DNA of 64,000 bases from Phyllosticta citribraziliensis. Lineage: Eukaryota. The stretch covers positions 1,612,001 through 1,676,000 of the forward strand of contig NW_027117343.1 in assembly GCF_038025025.1 (NCBI RefSeq), in the 5' to 3' direction. The position numbers were made by a program, and so were the translations under genes. This document shows positions 24,516 to 37,512 of this stretch, piece by piece; the first letter of the stretch is position 1, and each line of letters begins with the position of its first letter. The notes beneath the pieces are model-generated. The model did no database searches. It saw only the letters and a list, made by a program, of their open reading frames with translations, and was not told the DNA's origin.

Positions 24516-27441
24516 GTTGAAGAATTGGCGTTCTGGTTATTGGATCTTTTTTGTAGAAGCGAGTGATGCTGATGTGACGGACTGAGAGATCTAGTCAGGG
24601 CAGACGCAACGTATATATACTCGCAAAGGCTAACCATAGACGCAGTGACTTGCCAAATATCAAATTAGAAACCATCAATCAATACTGGCAGTCAGTCGCC
24701 GTGGTCGAGAGCCAAGGCGTGAAGAACGTTATGCTTCCGAGTTTCTAAACGCTGTCAAGGTTTAGCTCCTTGCAAGCGACAGGCAGCATCGCTGCCGCGC
24801 GCCGGCATCTCGCAGCGGACCTGGCCACTAGAACACCGCCCGAAAGTCGGTAGCAATTCTTTAGACTTCGTCTTCTGGCCTTGTCTCATTTTCCACGGAG
24901 TCTGGCGGAAGCATGTTCAGGCCACCCCATCGATTTAGCCTGTCCTTTTCGTTGGCCTATTCAGCCTCAACCAAGCACCAAGGTACCAAAGTATTTTTCT
25001 GCGTCTTGTTGGCCTACTCGACTGGCCGAAGAGAAAGTAACGGTGTTGTGATGAGCTTGGACGCCACACCTCGGCTGCCCATGGCCTATTTGGTTATGCA
25101 TTCTTTGCAGCGAAGTGCTTCGACCGTCGGTGGAAATTGGTCGCGATGCCGACTGCAAACGCATTTGCCGCTGCGACATGAACACCTCAATACCGGTAGG
25201 GCTCGCGGGACGCTGCGGCACCTGCCGCCTACGCAGCAGTCGTGGGGCCACTTTTCTTCCGTGGCAATGCCTCCGCCCCTTGGTGAGGAGAGAGAGCAGC
25301 AACAAGGTACGCGGCCAAGCCGGGAAAGCAGCTAGTAGGCACGTATTTGCTGGCTTATTTTTGGACTGCCACGATGCCCCTGACTGATGCTGGCTGTACC
25401 GGCGATCCGAATCGTACTCTAGAAGAAATCTTATTTGCGTCGGGCTGGGCCAGCGCTTCGTAAGTAAGTATGCAATACACTGCGCCTCTCCTAGGCCCGC
25501 ACATGGCAATCCTCGGCGAAGGATATTGAAGTCTGTGCCGTCATCACATCAGGCTTGGACAGTCTTGTCCATCGAATTGGTTGCTTCATCCCCTTGCCTT
25601 CTGCGAGGACGGGAATATCGTCCAGGGATTGTCGACAACAGATGGTCCAGCTTAGTCTTGCATCGAACGAGGGGTCGGCTTCTCCGCATATTCCGGTCAA
25701 CAGCCACGGAGATGGACTGTCACGAGGCCGCAACCATCGCCTGAATGAAGCATCTGGCTGGTAAATCCACGAGCGTCTCGGTGCGGCTATGTGCGCGCCG
25801 ATGCTCCGCAATACACGTTGGTTTGACGCCGCTTCTGCCGCTGGTGGACCCGTGCTTACGGCTTGCCGTTGCCGTGGGACATATTGAATTCTCGCGGCTG
25901 GTGATGCAGTCTGACATCGGGTAAATATTTCGATTATGTTTACTCACGGCTCGAGCCTTGACCGGAGACTGTTTTCAGTTTCGAGTACGTGATTGCTTCA
26001 GTTCCAGTGGACCAAAGACTCGTACTGCGTACCGAAAGCGTCCACGGGAATGGGTGATTATTTTGGGTTTCTGTCGACATGAAGACTTCGGTCCGCACAA
26101 AGACTCAACCGCCAAAAGCATGGTAGGTTTGACGCGTGCTATGGCAAGATACGGTTGAGCGGAGATGCAAGATTATACCGTCTATTGACTCTTCCCATTT
26201 GCCTAGAGTCTGTCAGCGACTTTGGTGTAGCTGTTGCGAGACTGTGACTGTTGAGGCGCATTTCATCATCTTGGAGTTTCGACTCACCATCGTTGGCGAC
26301 GTGACGGAAATTGTCCGCTCTCTCTTATCAAAGTTGTGAGCAAACCTTTGGCTTCCTGGAATGCATGCTGGTTGGGCGAGAAGTCGATCACTCCTAACTG
26401 ACTTTCCTTTGTTCGCTGCGTGCTCTCTGTATCGTGCGTCGACTTGGTTGCGCCACCAAGGGGGAATTCCAGGAAACCTCCATTGCGCAAATTCTCTGCA
26501 CGAGTAGGCTCCTTGTCGCAACAAACGGGCAGGCGAGAGCATAAAACGACGTTCAACGTCATGAAAGTTCCCGGTCGCGCCCCATCTTCGGTGGAAATGA
26601 CAGCCCTAATAGAAATCTTCTAGAATCCCACTGGCGTCTTTCGCCCAAAAGACCCTTTTTCGCGTTCAGTGATCGGCTATCACCGCATGCGGCCGAGATG
26701 ACCTGCCAATCTCTTGGTCGAATGGTGGGAATCCAATTTTGTTAAGCTTGTGCCACCACGCCGCGAGGCCAAGAGCGTGGGAGGACCTGCCTCCGGTCAC
26801 GTCAAGTTCCGCGCAGACAGAGACTATCCACCAGCACGCGTCTTCGTCTTGCAGTTTGGCCAACGACCAAGCCCGGCGGCGCCTGGTCGCTGATGAGGCG
26901 TTGAAGTCAAGTCGTTGGTCGGCTGCATGCGGCAGAGAGGCGCCACATCACCAAAATAACTTGAGCCACACGAGCTGTCGACAATTTTGAGTTGCTCTGC
27001 TCGCAGGACTGGGAAATGCTGAAAGTAGCATATTCCGCTCCGTTTTTAGACTATTGACGGGGCAATGTTGCTTCTGGCAAATTTTCCTGCTGTGGTTGCG
27101 TTAGCAGCAAGACATCGAACGTGAGCGCCTCGAATCCCTCGCCTCGCGCCCTGAATGACAGAACGATCCTTGGCCGCTACCACAAGCGCGCTAGCCTGAT
27201 CCGTTCGCATATCTCGGCATCTCAGCTCCTCCAGTGGAAGGTGATTGTGTCAACACTCGCAGTGGACGATGAGAGGCAAGTCTGGCTCGGCTGGTCCTGT
27301 GGGGTCCATGAGCGGAACCAAGGTAGCCAGTGTTGATGATGAAGACCAGGCGGACAGGTCCTCCGACTGTCCCTACGTTTCACGTTCGATACTTCCTTCT
27401 CCGCTCGCTGAATCGTTGGAGTGAGTGGGCTTTACTTCATC

Positions 27442-29124
27442 ATGCACGTTGCCCTGCTGTGGCTTTCTGTGTCGATACTTCAACCACTGTCGGTCTCGGC
27501 TACGTCTGCAAGCTCGACACTGGGCGCAAATTCGACCGATCCTCTGAGCACTCTTCTGTCGATACCAGAATGTGGTGTAGGTAGCTGCAGCTCCGTCGAA
27601 GCTCTGGCTAATGAACTGCAGCAATCGTGTGTCATTCGAGGCGTGGACTTGAAAACAGACTGCCAATTGACGAACGCAACATGTCTCTGTGCATCGAAAC
27701 CTCTCGAAGAGTGGCTGGTTGACTGTTTGATGGCAAACTGCAGTGTCAAAGATGCCCTGAGTGAGCGCCTACAACGAGGACATCGAGGCTCATCCTGACA
27801 TTGCGCAGTGACCAAACGTATCACGGCTAAGATCTGTGACTTGCCAGTCAGGGATATTGGGTACATAATGAGTTGGACCGGTGGTGTCGGCGGGCTCGTA
27901 GCCACAGTGATGGTGGCATTGCGGGTTCTTTACCGCATGCCATTTCTGGGAGGAAGCTTCTGGCTGGACGACCTGTTTGTCCTGTTTCTTCTCGTAAGTT
28001 GGACCGACGCAGAGGATGACTGACAACTCACATGCTACCAGTTCTCCCTGATCCCGCTCTCCATCCTTTCATTCTGCAGTGAGTTCATCCAATCTTTCCC
28101 ATCGCAGCGACTCACGAGGATGCAGTCAACCACTTTGGTCTCGGCCGCGACATTTGGACCGTCTCGTTCGCCCACATCACCGATGTGCTCCACATAACGT
28201 ATTGGGTCGAAATCCTCTACACGCTGTGCCTGTACTTTGTCAAGACCTCCATCCTGCTCTTCTACCTGCGAATATTTCCGGACGAGCGCTTCAGGCGATG
28301 GCTGTACCTGAGCCTCTTGCTGTGCTTCTTGCATGGCGCCGGCTTTGGGTTGGCGGTCGTGTTTCAATGCTGGCCAATCAGTCATTCGTGGACTGGCTGG
28401 ACGCGGGAAGAAAAGGGAAAATGCATCAACGTCAACGTCATGTTCATGGTGAGCGCGTACGTGCACATTTTCCTTGATCTGCTGGTCCTGATGCTGCCAC
28501 TGCAGCAGCTGGCCCAGCTGACACTGAACCGATGGAGGCGGGCTCGGGTCATGTTCATGTTTTTGGTTGGATCGTTGTGAGTGGCCCTCCTTTTTGCCTA
28601 GTGGCAGACACTGACAGGGCGCCAGCGCAACTGTCGCCTCCTGCATTCGCATCAAACACATGAAGGTCCTCGGTCGGTCCCACAATCCAACTTGGGACTA
28701 TGTCCCCGTCGGCTATTGGTCAACCATTGAAGTAGACACAGCCACCGCCTGCGCCTGTCTTCCCGCCGTGCGCGCCCTCATCTACAAGGTGTTCTTCCCA
28801 CAAAGTATGAGCGACACACCCGAGGAGATGGACAGGTCGAGGTATACCATGCCCGGCTTGCCTCGGAGCGATGGGATGGACGGGAAGCGAGCAGCCGCAA
28901 ACGACAGGAGGGATACGTGCACGGAGATGGGAGTAGAGTTTTGCGAGAGAAAGGGCAACAGAGAAGACGAAGGCGAGACACAGACGCAAGTCCAGCGGGT
29001 GGTAATACGGCGAAAGAGCGACGAGAGGAGCGAGGCGGCAATCTTGCCAGTGGAAGAAGACTTTGATGAGGAGCGCAGCGACAAGTCGTCCTGTTGGGGA
29101 GCAGCCGAGGGAAGCAACCGGTAG
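27442..29124 (+). CDS. CFEM-domain PTH11-like G-protein-coupled receptor (rhodopsin domain); 5 introns
   Basis: Signal peptide; 8-Cys CFEM (IPEC|QSC..C..TNATCLC...C...C...C); then F.LDD, GLGRDIW, KTSILLFYLRIFP, FQCWPI..SW, HIFLDL..L.LP, S..R, WS.IEV...CACLP. Confidence 0.9.
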
Positions 29125-29886
29125 GGCGCGAGGAGCAGTGTGGCGAGCATTTGCCGGTTGCATACATACACATCTCAAGCTGTGAGGCTGTCCACTTTTT
29201 TTGACTCGTGGCATGGTGATGGATAGCCTTGCAGCTGTCGTATCAGTTCTCGTCGGGGAAACTTTTGGCGCTTAACTCAAAGTCTCCTGGAGAATGGCCG
29301 AAATAGGATCCGAAATGGCGAAGCAGCACTGTTCCCATTCGCGCGGTCCGCGATTGTCGTCACGTCGGTCTCGGGTTGTCGCGTCGTCCGGATGGTGCAG
29401 TCTGTCGAGCAGTTGCGCAGAGTGTCGTCGGATAAGTCCCGTCGTATTCGCGTGGTGGAGGTGGCAGTGGGCGCTTGGGCACTGCAGGTCGTCGCAGACA
29501 GATGACGTCAAACCAACATCCAACCTCACAACACCGAAAACGACGACAACAGCTTCTCCATCTCTCGCGACGACGACTGCTGGTCGCCGGGGCCGCATTG
29601 GGGCTCCCTCCCGATGGCCGCTCCGGATCTGTCCGCCCAGGCCGGCCGCCGACGCCAGATCGATCTGAGGCTTGCTGAGGCTTGTCTCCATTCAGCAGCC
29701 CTCGTCCCTTGCCAACCAAAGTCATGACGCACATCAGACCTCCAAGCTCGGCTGCTCGCCCTCACGCCAGTCTGCCCTCGTGCTGTAACCCTCCTCCCTG
29801 ACAGCCGTCACTGTCGAGCTCTGCAACAAACGCGTCTTTGTCTTACGCGCATGAAACGACAGACCAGGTCGCTGCTACCCACCACC

Positions 29887-32010
29887 ATGGCCAAGGACGG
29901 GAGGAAGAAGGTGTTGGTCGTAGGCGCTGGTGCTGCAGGTCAGTCAATCCTTGAGCGCGTAAACTCTCCGCTGACGGCTGCTTGACAGGCATGGCCTGCG
30001 CACACCACCTCGCCGAGCATCGCGACAAGTTTGACGTGACCCTCATCGACAGCGTCGACTACTGCGGCGGACAAGCCTTTTCCATTCCTCTGGACAAGAA
30101 CAAACATGGCGCGAGCTGGCTCAACCAAGGCGTACAAGGCGGCAGCTACATTTTCCACCACACAATGACCATGTTTGCACGCCAGGGCTACCAGGCGAAT
30201 CCGGTCAAGCTGCAGGTGTCGTTTGGGAAGGACGACACCTTTTGGACCAACGTGTACCCCACGAAGCTCATTGAGAAACACCAAAAAGAGGTGCAACGGT
30301 TCTTCAAGATGCTTGGGATCATCCGGGCTTTGGAGGTCTTTTTCGTGCTCTTGCCCATCAAGTATCTCTTGAAAATCTTTCGTTTCTCCTACGAATTCGC
30401 CAACGTCGTGGCCCTTCCAATGGTGGCGCTTTTCCTCGGCACTGGCAACCACACCCCCGAAGTACCCAGCATAATTCTTGAGCGACTTTGCACCAGTCCG
30501 ACTTATGGAATGTGGTATCCGCCAGACAAACACAGCATCATTAGCAATCTTCCGCCCATGGTAGTGTTTCCGAACTTTGGCGAGTTTTACGACAGCTGGC
30601 GCAAAAGCTTGGAGGCGAGAGGGGCGACTGTAAGACTCTCGACGGAGCTGGTCGAGGTGGTGAAGAGGGATAAAAAGGGCGTCAAGGTGCGGCTGATGAA
30701 GCGGACACCAGCACCAGATGGCCACAATCCAGCCAGCGCCGAAGCACCAGAAGACCCCAGCAGCAACGCCGATGCCGATGCGCCCAAGGAGGAGGAGGAT
30801 TATGACGAGATTGTCATCTGCACTCTGTATGTTCCCAGCTCTCAGAAATGAATGTAGCTAACAGCATAGCGCCGACACCACCAAACGCTTACTTGGCAAG
30901 ACGGCCTCTTTGCGCGAGCGCTTCGTCCTTGGTTCTGCCAAATTTGCCGACGACATCACCATTACACACAACGACGCAGACTACATGCGCAAGTACTACC
31001 AAACCTCCTACGACCCGTCAACCGCCGTGCGCACTTTGGCTGGCACCGACCAGTCCTCACGCGTCGACTTTGCCGCCTCCAACTTTCGACCAATGTATCT
31101 CATCAAGTCGTACCCAGCAGACGTGTCCAAGATTGAAATGTGCTTCGACTGCACCCACTATCAGGCGCAATTCCCACCATCAACGCCGTATTCCTCGCAC
31201 GTCTTTCAAACCATTTTCCTCAATAACGACCGCGACCGAGGCCTGTGGACGGACAACGAGATTGATCCGAGCAAGATCATCCGCAAGGACTGGTGGCACC
31301 AGCTCTGCCACGGCTGGACGCACTACGCGCGCGTAGTCTCTTGGCTGTGGGCACTGCAAGGGCGTTGCCGTACGCGCTTCGCCGGGTCCTGGACGCTCGT
31401 CAACGCCCACGAGACGGCTGTCATTTCGGGCATTGCTGCGGCGGTTGACCTTGGCGCCGCGTACCCAGAGGACCTCGAACGCGACAGGTTTGCTTTGCTG
31501 GCCTTCCGCTGCTACTACGCGCTCGTGTATGGCAAGTGGTATCGCCGGAAAGCCAAGAAGCAGGGCGAGGGCGAGCAGTGGGCTAGTGGCGTGTACGGCA
31601 GCGTCTACAAGGGTCCGGGTGTCGTGGAAGAGGAGCGGAAGATTTGGCGGAGTGAAGTCGACAGCGGGCGCAGTTTGAGCGAGGAAGAGGTGGGTAGGAT
31701 CCTGGGCTCCGACAAACCTGCGGAGCAAGCGGAGCCGACGGGAGATGCCGAGCCCGTCTTGCCCGAGGCACCTGTGCAAAGTTCCCATACGAACGGCCAC
31801 GGGCTTGGAAATGGCCATGGCAAGGCTGAACTTGTACTCGGCAAAAGTAACGGCCAAAGCGAGAACCCGAAAAAGGACAGCGCCCAATACCAAGAGCGTG
31901 ACGCGGTCTTTGGCAAAACAAATGGGTTGAACCTCAACGGCACAAAGACTCAGCAGACTCGGCCAAGCGCTCCCGTTGAGCAGTGGAGCTTCTACGGCAC
32001 CGACGAGTGA
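29887..32010 (+). CDS. FAD/NAD(P)-binding flavoprotein ('flavin-containing amine oxidase'/COG2907-like); introns 29939-29988, 30827-30869
   Basis: Rossmann KKVLVVGAGAAG|MACA, YCGGQA (GG motif), C-terminal LQGR.RTRFAGSW...AHE.AV.SG..AA..LG; low-complexity tail. Confidence 0.85.
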
Positions 32011-32173
32011 TCGCGATCCCATCGGAGGAGATTGATGAAGTTGGTTGAGCATTTACAGGGTGTTTATTACGTACCTATTTCATTTTCTCCAAACTTTAAT
32101 CTGTCGTCCCAGATGTTCCCGTTCAGCCGAATTGTTTTCCGCAGCAGGCAACCAACTTCATCTTCGGTCGATG

Positions 32174-32229
32174 CGCCGGGGCCTCGGGGCCTCGGGGACT
32201 CGGGGCACCGGGACCTCGAGACCTCGGGG
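32174..32229 (+). repeat. 8-bp minisatellite (CCTCGGGG) x ~7
   Basis: Units CGCCGGGG, CCTCGGGG, CCTCGGGG, ACTCGGGG, CACCGGGA, CCTCGAGA, CCTCGGGG at an exact 8-bp period. Confidence 0.85.
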
Positions 32230-33417
32230 CCAGACATCCATGGAACCGAAGCCAACACGGTCGAAGAAGCCCGTCAGCTATGGCAATGGAAAATCATCGA
32301 CTCGCTTTTCTCTCCAACCTCGAATGTATGCGGCGGGGTCGTACACTCGTGTCCGAAGCTCTTTTATTCGCGTTTCCCATGCTCTATACAGGCGCCTGGA
32401 TCTACTTCATGTTTTGATAATCTGGATTTGCCACGAAAGATCTCGATGAAGTCTGCGAGACTGACTGCGCAAGAAGAAGCTGAACAAAGCGGACGAAGAA
32501 ATGAAAGACTCACCGAACCAGTGTACTTGAGGCAAAGCTCAACGGTGATCGATCCAGTCGAAATTGTCGCGCGAGGTCAGCTCTGGAGTTTGTTATCCGA
32601 CTGATCCAAAGGCGCGAAAGACGAGCAAACTGGTGTTGAAAGAGAGTGCAACACGGGTTCAGTCATGATGGCCGACTGGAACGAGACGCAGCGTTGCAAT
32701 CCTTTGACCTACACGTCAGTGTTTTCCGATTCCCTTGGCCCAAAAAGCAGAATAGGCGTGATGGACGACTTCAAGGCAAGCACGTGAAAGAAATGCTCAT
32801 CCGGACAGCCCTGCAGCCTCTGCCTGATAGACCGAGCGACGGTGCCTCATGTCCCCGACTGCAGTTAACATACGTACCTTGAAACTCCGAGCTCCAAAAC
32901 TCCGACCAAGCTCCTGACGTGTTGAAAGCCAATCGAATGATAGACCCCAATTGACCAAGCAGGCCGCTGAGCAAAATGTTTGCGAAAGGCCGAGCAATTT
33001 GATACCGTGGTGCCTCAGCGGCTGCTTTATGCAAGCGCGCTTTGCTTTGGCAAGCCGATGCAAGACTCGGTGAGAAATGCATGCGGCTCATGTCGCTGAA
33101 ACGCGGTTTGGGGGTCGAGCTCCGCGTTTCTTACAGTCCGGCGTGCTCTGAACAAGCAGGCGCTCGGAGCTTAAGAAGAGCGTTTGTGTTGCTGGGAGCG
33201 GCCCCCAAATCCATCGTCACCCAAACCCCTCGGACTTCGGTCTCGGTCTGCTCTGCTCCCTTCTTGCATCCATCCCTGCCTGGCATTCCGCGGAGGCTCC
33301 GCGGAGCACAACGTCGACCTCCTACCAAACATTTATATTTGCGCCACCATGTGTTCACTTCATGCTGTCACGCCCTTCTCTTTGTCTCCCATGGCATCAA
33401 AGTCACATCATCTCAAA

Positions 33418-34371
33418 ATGGCTGCACGACCGCTTTTTGCTTCACGCGTCACCAAAGTCGCCGCCACGTCCGCCGCAGCCAGCGCCGGCTTTTTTGCATT
33501 TAACCGATACTCCACGCGAACGGTTTACGCAGAGTCTACCTCGGAGCCGCAGAAGACTTTTGCCAGCGGCTTCAAGTTTACGTCGTTGCGGCTGCACAGC
33601 AGCGAGGATATCAGCACGGATCTCAAGCGGCTGCGTTTCGAGCTCCCGGATCCACAGGCGCAGAGCGGCATGAAATTGACGTGTGAGTTTAGCATGCAAC
33701 GTTGAATCTTGGAATACTTGCTGATTTACAATACAGCATCATTGGCGACAGTAATCAGACGGCCAGGCGGAATCCTACCCATGTTCCGCGAATACACGCC
33801 GGTCAACGATCCCACCGACGCCGGCTTCATCGACCTAGTCGTAAAAAAGTACCCCAACGGACAACTCAGCTCGCACCTGCACGCGCTCTCGCCAGGGCAG
33901 ACGCAGCTCTTCGCCGGCCCGCTGACGCGCTACCAATGGAAACCCAACAAGCACCCACACGTCGCCATGATCGCCGGCGGCACCGGCATCTGCCCCATGT
34001 ACCAACTACTCCACGGCATCTTCAAGAACCCGGCCGACACGACCAAAGTCACGCTCGTGTGGGGCGTCAATCACGACGCGGAGATTTTCTTGAAAGACGA
34101 GCTGGATGCGCTGCAGCGCCGCTTCCCGGATCGCCTGAACGTCGTGTATGCTGTCAGTAATCCGGCGCCTGGCTCGCCGCATGCTAAGGGCCGCGTTACG
34201 AAGGAGCTGCTGGAGAAGGCGAATCTGGGCGCGCCGGATAAGTCGACGCAGCTCTTTTTGTGCGGACCGCCGGGCATGGAGGCTGCGGTGGCTGGGAGCT
34301 GGAATTTTGGCTCCAAGGATGGCATTTTGAGGGAGTTGGGTTATGTGAAGAGTCAGGTGGAGCGGCTTTGA
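33418..34371 (+). CDS. NADH-cytochrome b5 reductase (Mcr1-like, probable mitochondrial-type leader); intron ~33683-33737
   Basis: R/S/A-rich leader, KRLRFELP, REYTP (RxY[TS]), VKKYPNG.LS, IAGGTGICPM, LCGPPGM, GIL.ELGY. Confidence 0.9.
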
Positions 34372-35650
34372 AAGAATCGGTCGTCGTTGAGGGGATTGCG
34401 AAGTTGGATTTTCGATGCTGAGAGGCGTGGCGGAAAGGCGCGTGAGGAAGAGATGGTTGGTCAGGTCAGATCATATCGAGCGGCAGGTATAGCCGCTCGT
34501 GGTTGGGGCTGCAACGTGCCCGCTCGTCTTTGAGGCCGATTCTGTGCTCAAAGCAGCAGAAGTCGTGGGCGAAATACCAGCCGAGAGCCCAGGTTCTCTA
34601 GGGCAGAGCTCCTGTGATAGGCTCTTCATTTTCCTCTCACATCGAACGGCGTTTTGGGGCCAAGGGCAAGACCCGGTGGAGTTACACGGTTTGGACAGTC
34701 AAGTCGAGTTGGATTAGAGGTAGTGCTCCCTTTTGGCAGTAATGAAGACGACGAGGTAAACTTACCTACCATACTCCCGGGTCCGTGAGGTGATTCTGTC
34801 TCCCTGCCTCTCTCCGCGCAGCCCTCAGGCAAAAGGCAAAAAGAGAACAAACAAATATCGTCAGGCCTCGCCCGGAATCGAACAGAAGGCAGCTGTTGTA
34901 GATTCTAAGCGAGTTAATAGATAACGCCATTCCTCAAGATACGTCGACCGTCGGACGCATCCTGGTTCCGGTGCTAGATGATCTCGCTTTAGTAAATTAT
35001 ATGGCCGCCATTTTTGGACTTTGGAGGATGATGGATCTTTGGGGTCTTGTGTCGTTTTCCCCCTGTGATCTGTGCTGAACTTGGAATTGGAACCTCGTCT
35101 TTAACGAGTAGGACTCCTGACAAAACGCGCTTGCGCCCGCACCTTCGATTGCTTGTTTGCTTGCTTTGAGGTCTGAGGCAGTCTTGTCGTCTGGACAATT
35201 CTCTTGTTTCCTTTGTACATTAGAGCTTTATTATCGCTGTCTTGCGCACCTTGCGCCCCTTGCGCCCCTTGCGCCATGAACACAATCAAGCTGTTTTCAC
35301 AGTGTCTTCAGTCGTCATCAGCTCCACTGTATCACAGATGCACGCATGTCTCCGGTGATAGCAGCAATCTTCAAGGCACCAATAGCGGAAAATATGTGAA
35401 AGCATGCTGCGAATAAAAGCATCATTGAATTCACTGGACGCCCCTGTTCGGTCAATAAGGTGTGTGAAGGGTAAATGACGAAAAAAAGAAGGTGCATTGA
35501 GAACCCCGCTGCTCTTCATCTCCCATCCTATTTCGATAACGCCGTACTTCAACGCCAGCTCAGAAAAAAGAACGAACGTCCTGCCTCCTGACTCCCAAAT
35601 ACCGACCAGTCAATCTTGAACAACAATCCTGTCCGTGTTCATCATAGCAT

Positions 35651-37512
35651 TCAGTCGCCCTTCTTCCTCTCCGTCAAGACCAGGTGCAGCGGCGGCAGAA
35701 GCATGGTAAAGGTGTCCATGGGCCCCTCGTCGAACGCGACGCCAGTCTCGCCCGGCGCAAAGGCAAGGTCGAAGCGCAGCGCCAGGCGGCTGAGCACGCT
35801 GCGCATCTCCATGTACGCGAGATTCTTGCCTGGACAGGCGTAGGCGCCTGCATCGTAGCGTTAGTCGTCAGTGTCAAGAACGTATCACATAACTGTATGT
35901 AACTAGAAAAGGGAGAGTGAACGTACCTCTGAGGAACGGCAAAAAGGGCACATTCTCCGAATTGACGTCGACGCCCTCGAAGCGCTCGGGCTTGTACGTG
36001 TCCGGGTCTTCCCACACCCGCGGATCGTGGTACAGCGACCATGTCGGCACGCTGACAATGGTGCCGGCGGGGATGTGTTCGTCTTCGATCTGCAGCCCGC
36101 CGGCCGGCACCTCGCGCACGAGGCCCTGAATGGCAGGCGTCTTCATCCGCATCGACTCGTTGCAGACGTGGTCGATGTAGGTGATTTTGCGGGCCTCTTC
36201 GTAGCTCCAGTCGGCGTCGCCGTTGGGAAAGGCCTCATCGACGAGGGCTTGTAGTTTGCGGTAGACGTGCTGGTGCTTGGTGAGGTAGTACAGGACGTTG
36301 CCGAGGGCGCCGGACGTGGTGTCGGAGCCGGCGACGATGAGCAGCACCGAGTCCTCGTCGAGACTCGTCTGCGTCTGGCGCTGGGCCGGCTCGCTCGTCT
36401 CGCGCGCCGTGATGAGGTGCGACGCAATGTCCGTTGGCACCTGGTCGGGATGCCACGAGGCCTGCTTCTCGCGCATCTTGTCTTTGCACCAATTCATGAA
36501 GATGCTGTAGTCGCCGGCCATATCGGTCTGCGCGAGCATGCGAATCATCCACGGTACCGAGCTCAACACGCCGACCATCTTCAGGGCGGAGTGCATGTGC
36601 GAGATTTTGGCTTCCTTGCCGTCGTCCGATTCGATCGTCCCGTGTCCCTTGGCTAGCATCTTGAAGTCACGTCCATACGCAAGATCGCCCATGGCGTCGA
36701 AAGAGAAGAAGGACATCCAGTCCGTGGTGTTGATGGGCTGCCCCTGCCGCGCTAATAGCTGATCGAGAAGTAGGTCCACCTTGGCTCTCACGCGAGGCTC
36801 GTAGCTGTTGAGAGCTTTGATGCTGAGTCCGCGGTCCATTTTTCGTCGTCTCCAGGCATGTTCTTGATGGTTGCGAAGGGCAAAAACATTGTGGTCTTCT
36901 TCCGCGTACACTTTGGCTTGCGAGTAGAACGTTGACTTTGTGCATTTTGATTTTGCACCGTAGATGAGGGGAATAGCAGAGGGCTTTAGAATGGACAGCT
37001 CACGGGGTCCTTAGCCCGTTGTCAGACTCTGAACCAGAGCGCGAGAAGCTGTGCGGAGCCTTACCAGTTCGAACAATGTCCCCGTACTCTTCGTGCATCT
37101 TCCTGATGTCTTTGTAAAGCTGGTTGCCGCTCCTGACTTGCAAAACCATGGTGTAAAACTTGGTAATCTTGGCAAGGAACGGGCCGGGATACTTTCTGAG
37201 CGGGGAAAGAAATAGACGTTGGACAATGATGCTCAAGAAGAGGCCAAGAAGTGTTGCCCAGGAAAAAAGAACTGCACGGAAAGCAGCGGCAATCAGACCC
37301 AGCTGGCTGAATCGGGCTTGGAGGACAGCGACTGTCAAGATGAGACCATTGAACATTGCGGTGAGAAGCCAGCCGTGGTGGTCAAGTTCAATGGATTGCG
37401 TAGAAAGGTGGAAGAGACAGCCCAAGATGACGCCGGACCAGGGCGAAAGCATTGCTAACGGCGCTGGGCCTGGCATGTCTTGGGGCACGCTGCTGGAAGA
37501 CGTGACATTCAT
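35651..37512 (-). CDS. Cytochrome P450; introns 37010-37064 and 35848-35926
   Basis: N-terminal TM segments, PL..YPGP, YGDIVRT|GPRELS, AGSDTT (I helix), ESMR (ExxR), PERF, heme motif PFLR|GAYACPG. Confidence 0.95.

Noticed and set aside
24900..27300. Possible pseudogene between the effector and the GPCR
   Set aside because: No recognisable protein motifs in any frame by eye; would need tBLASTx.
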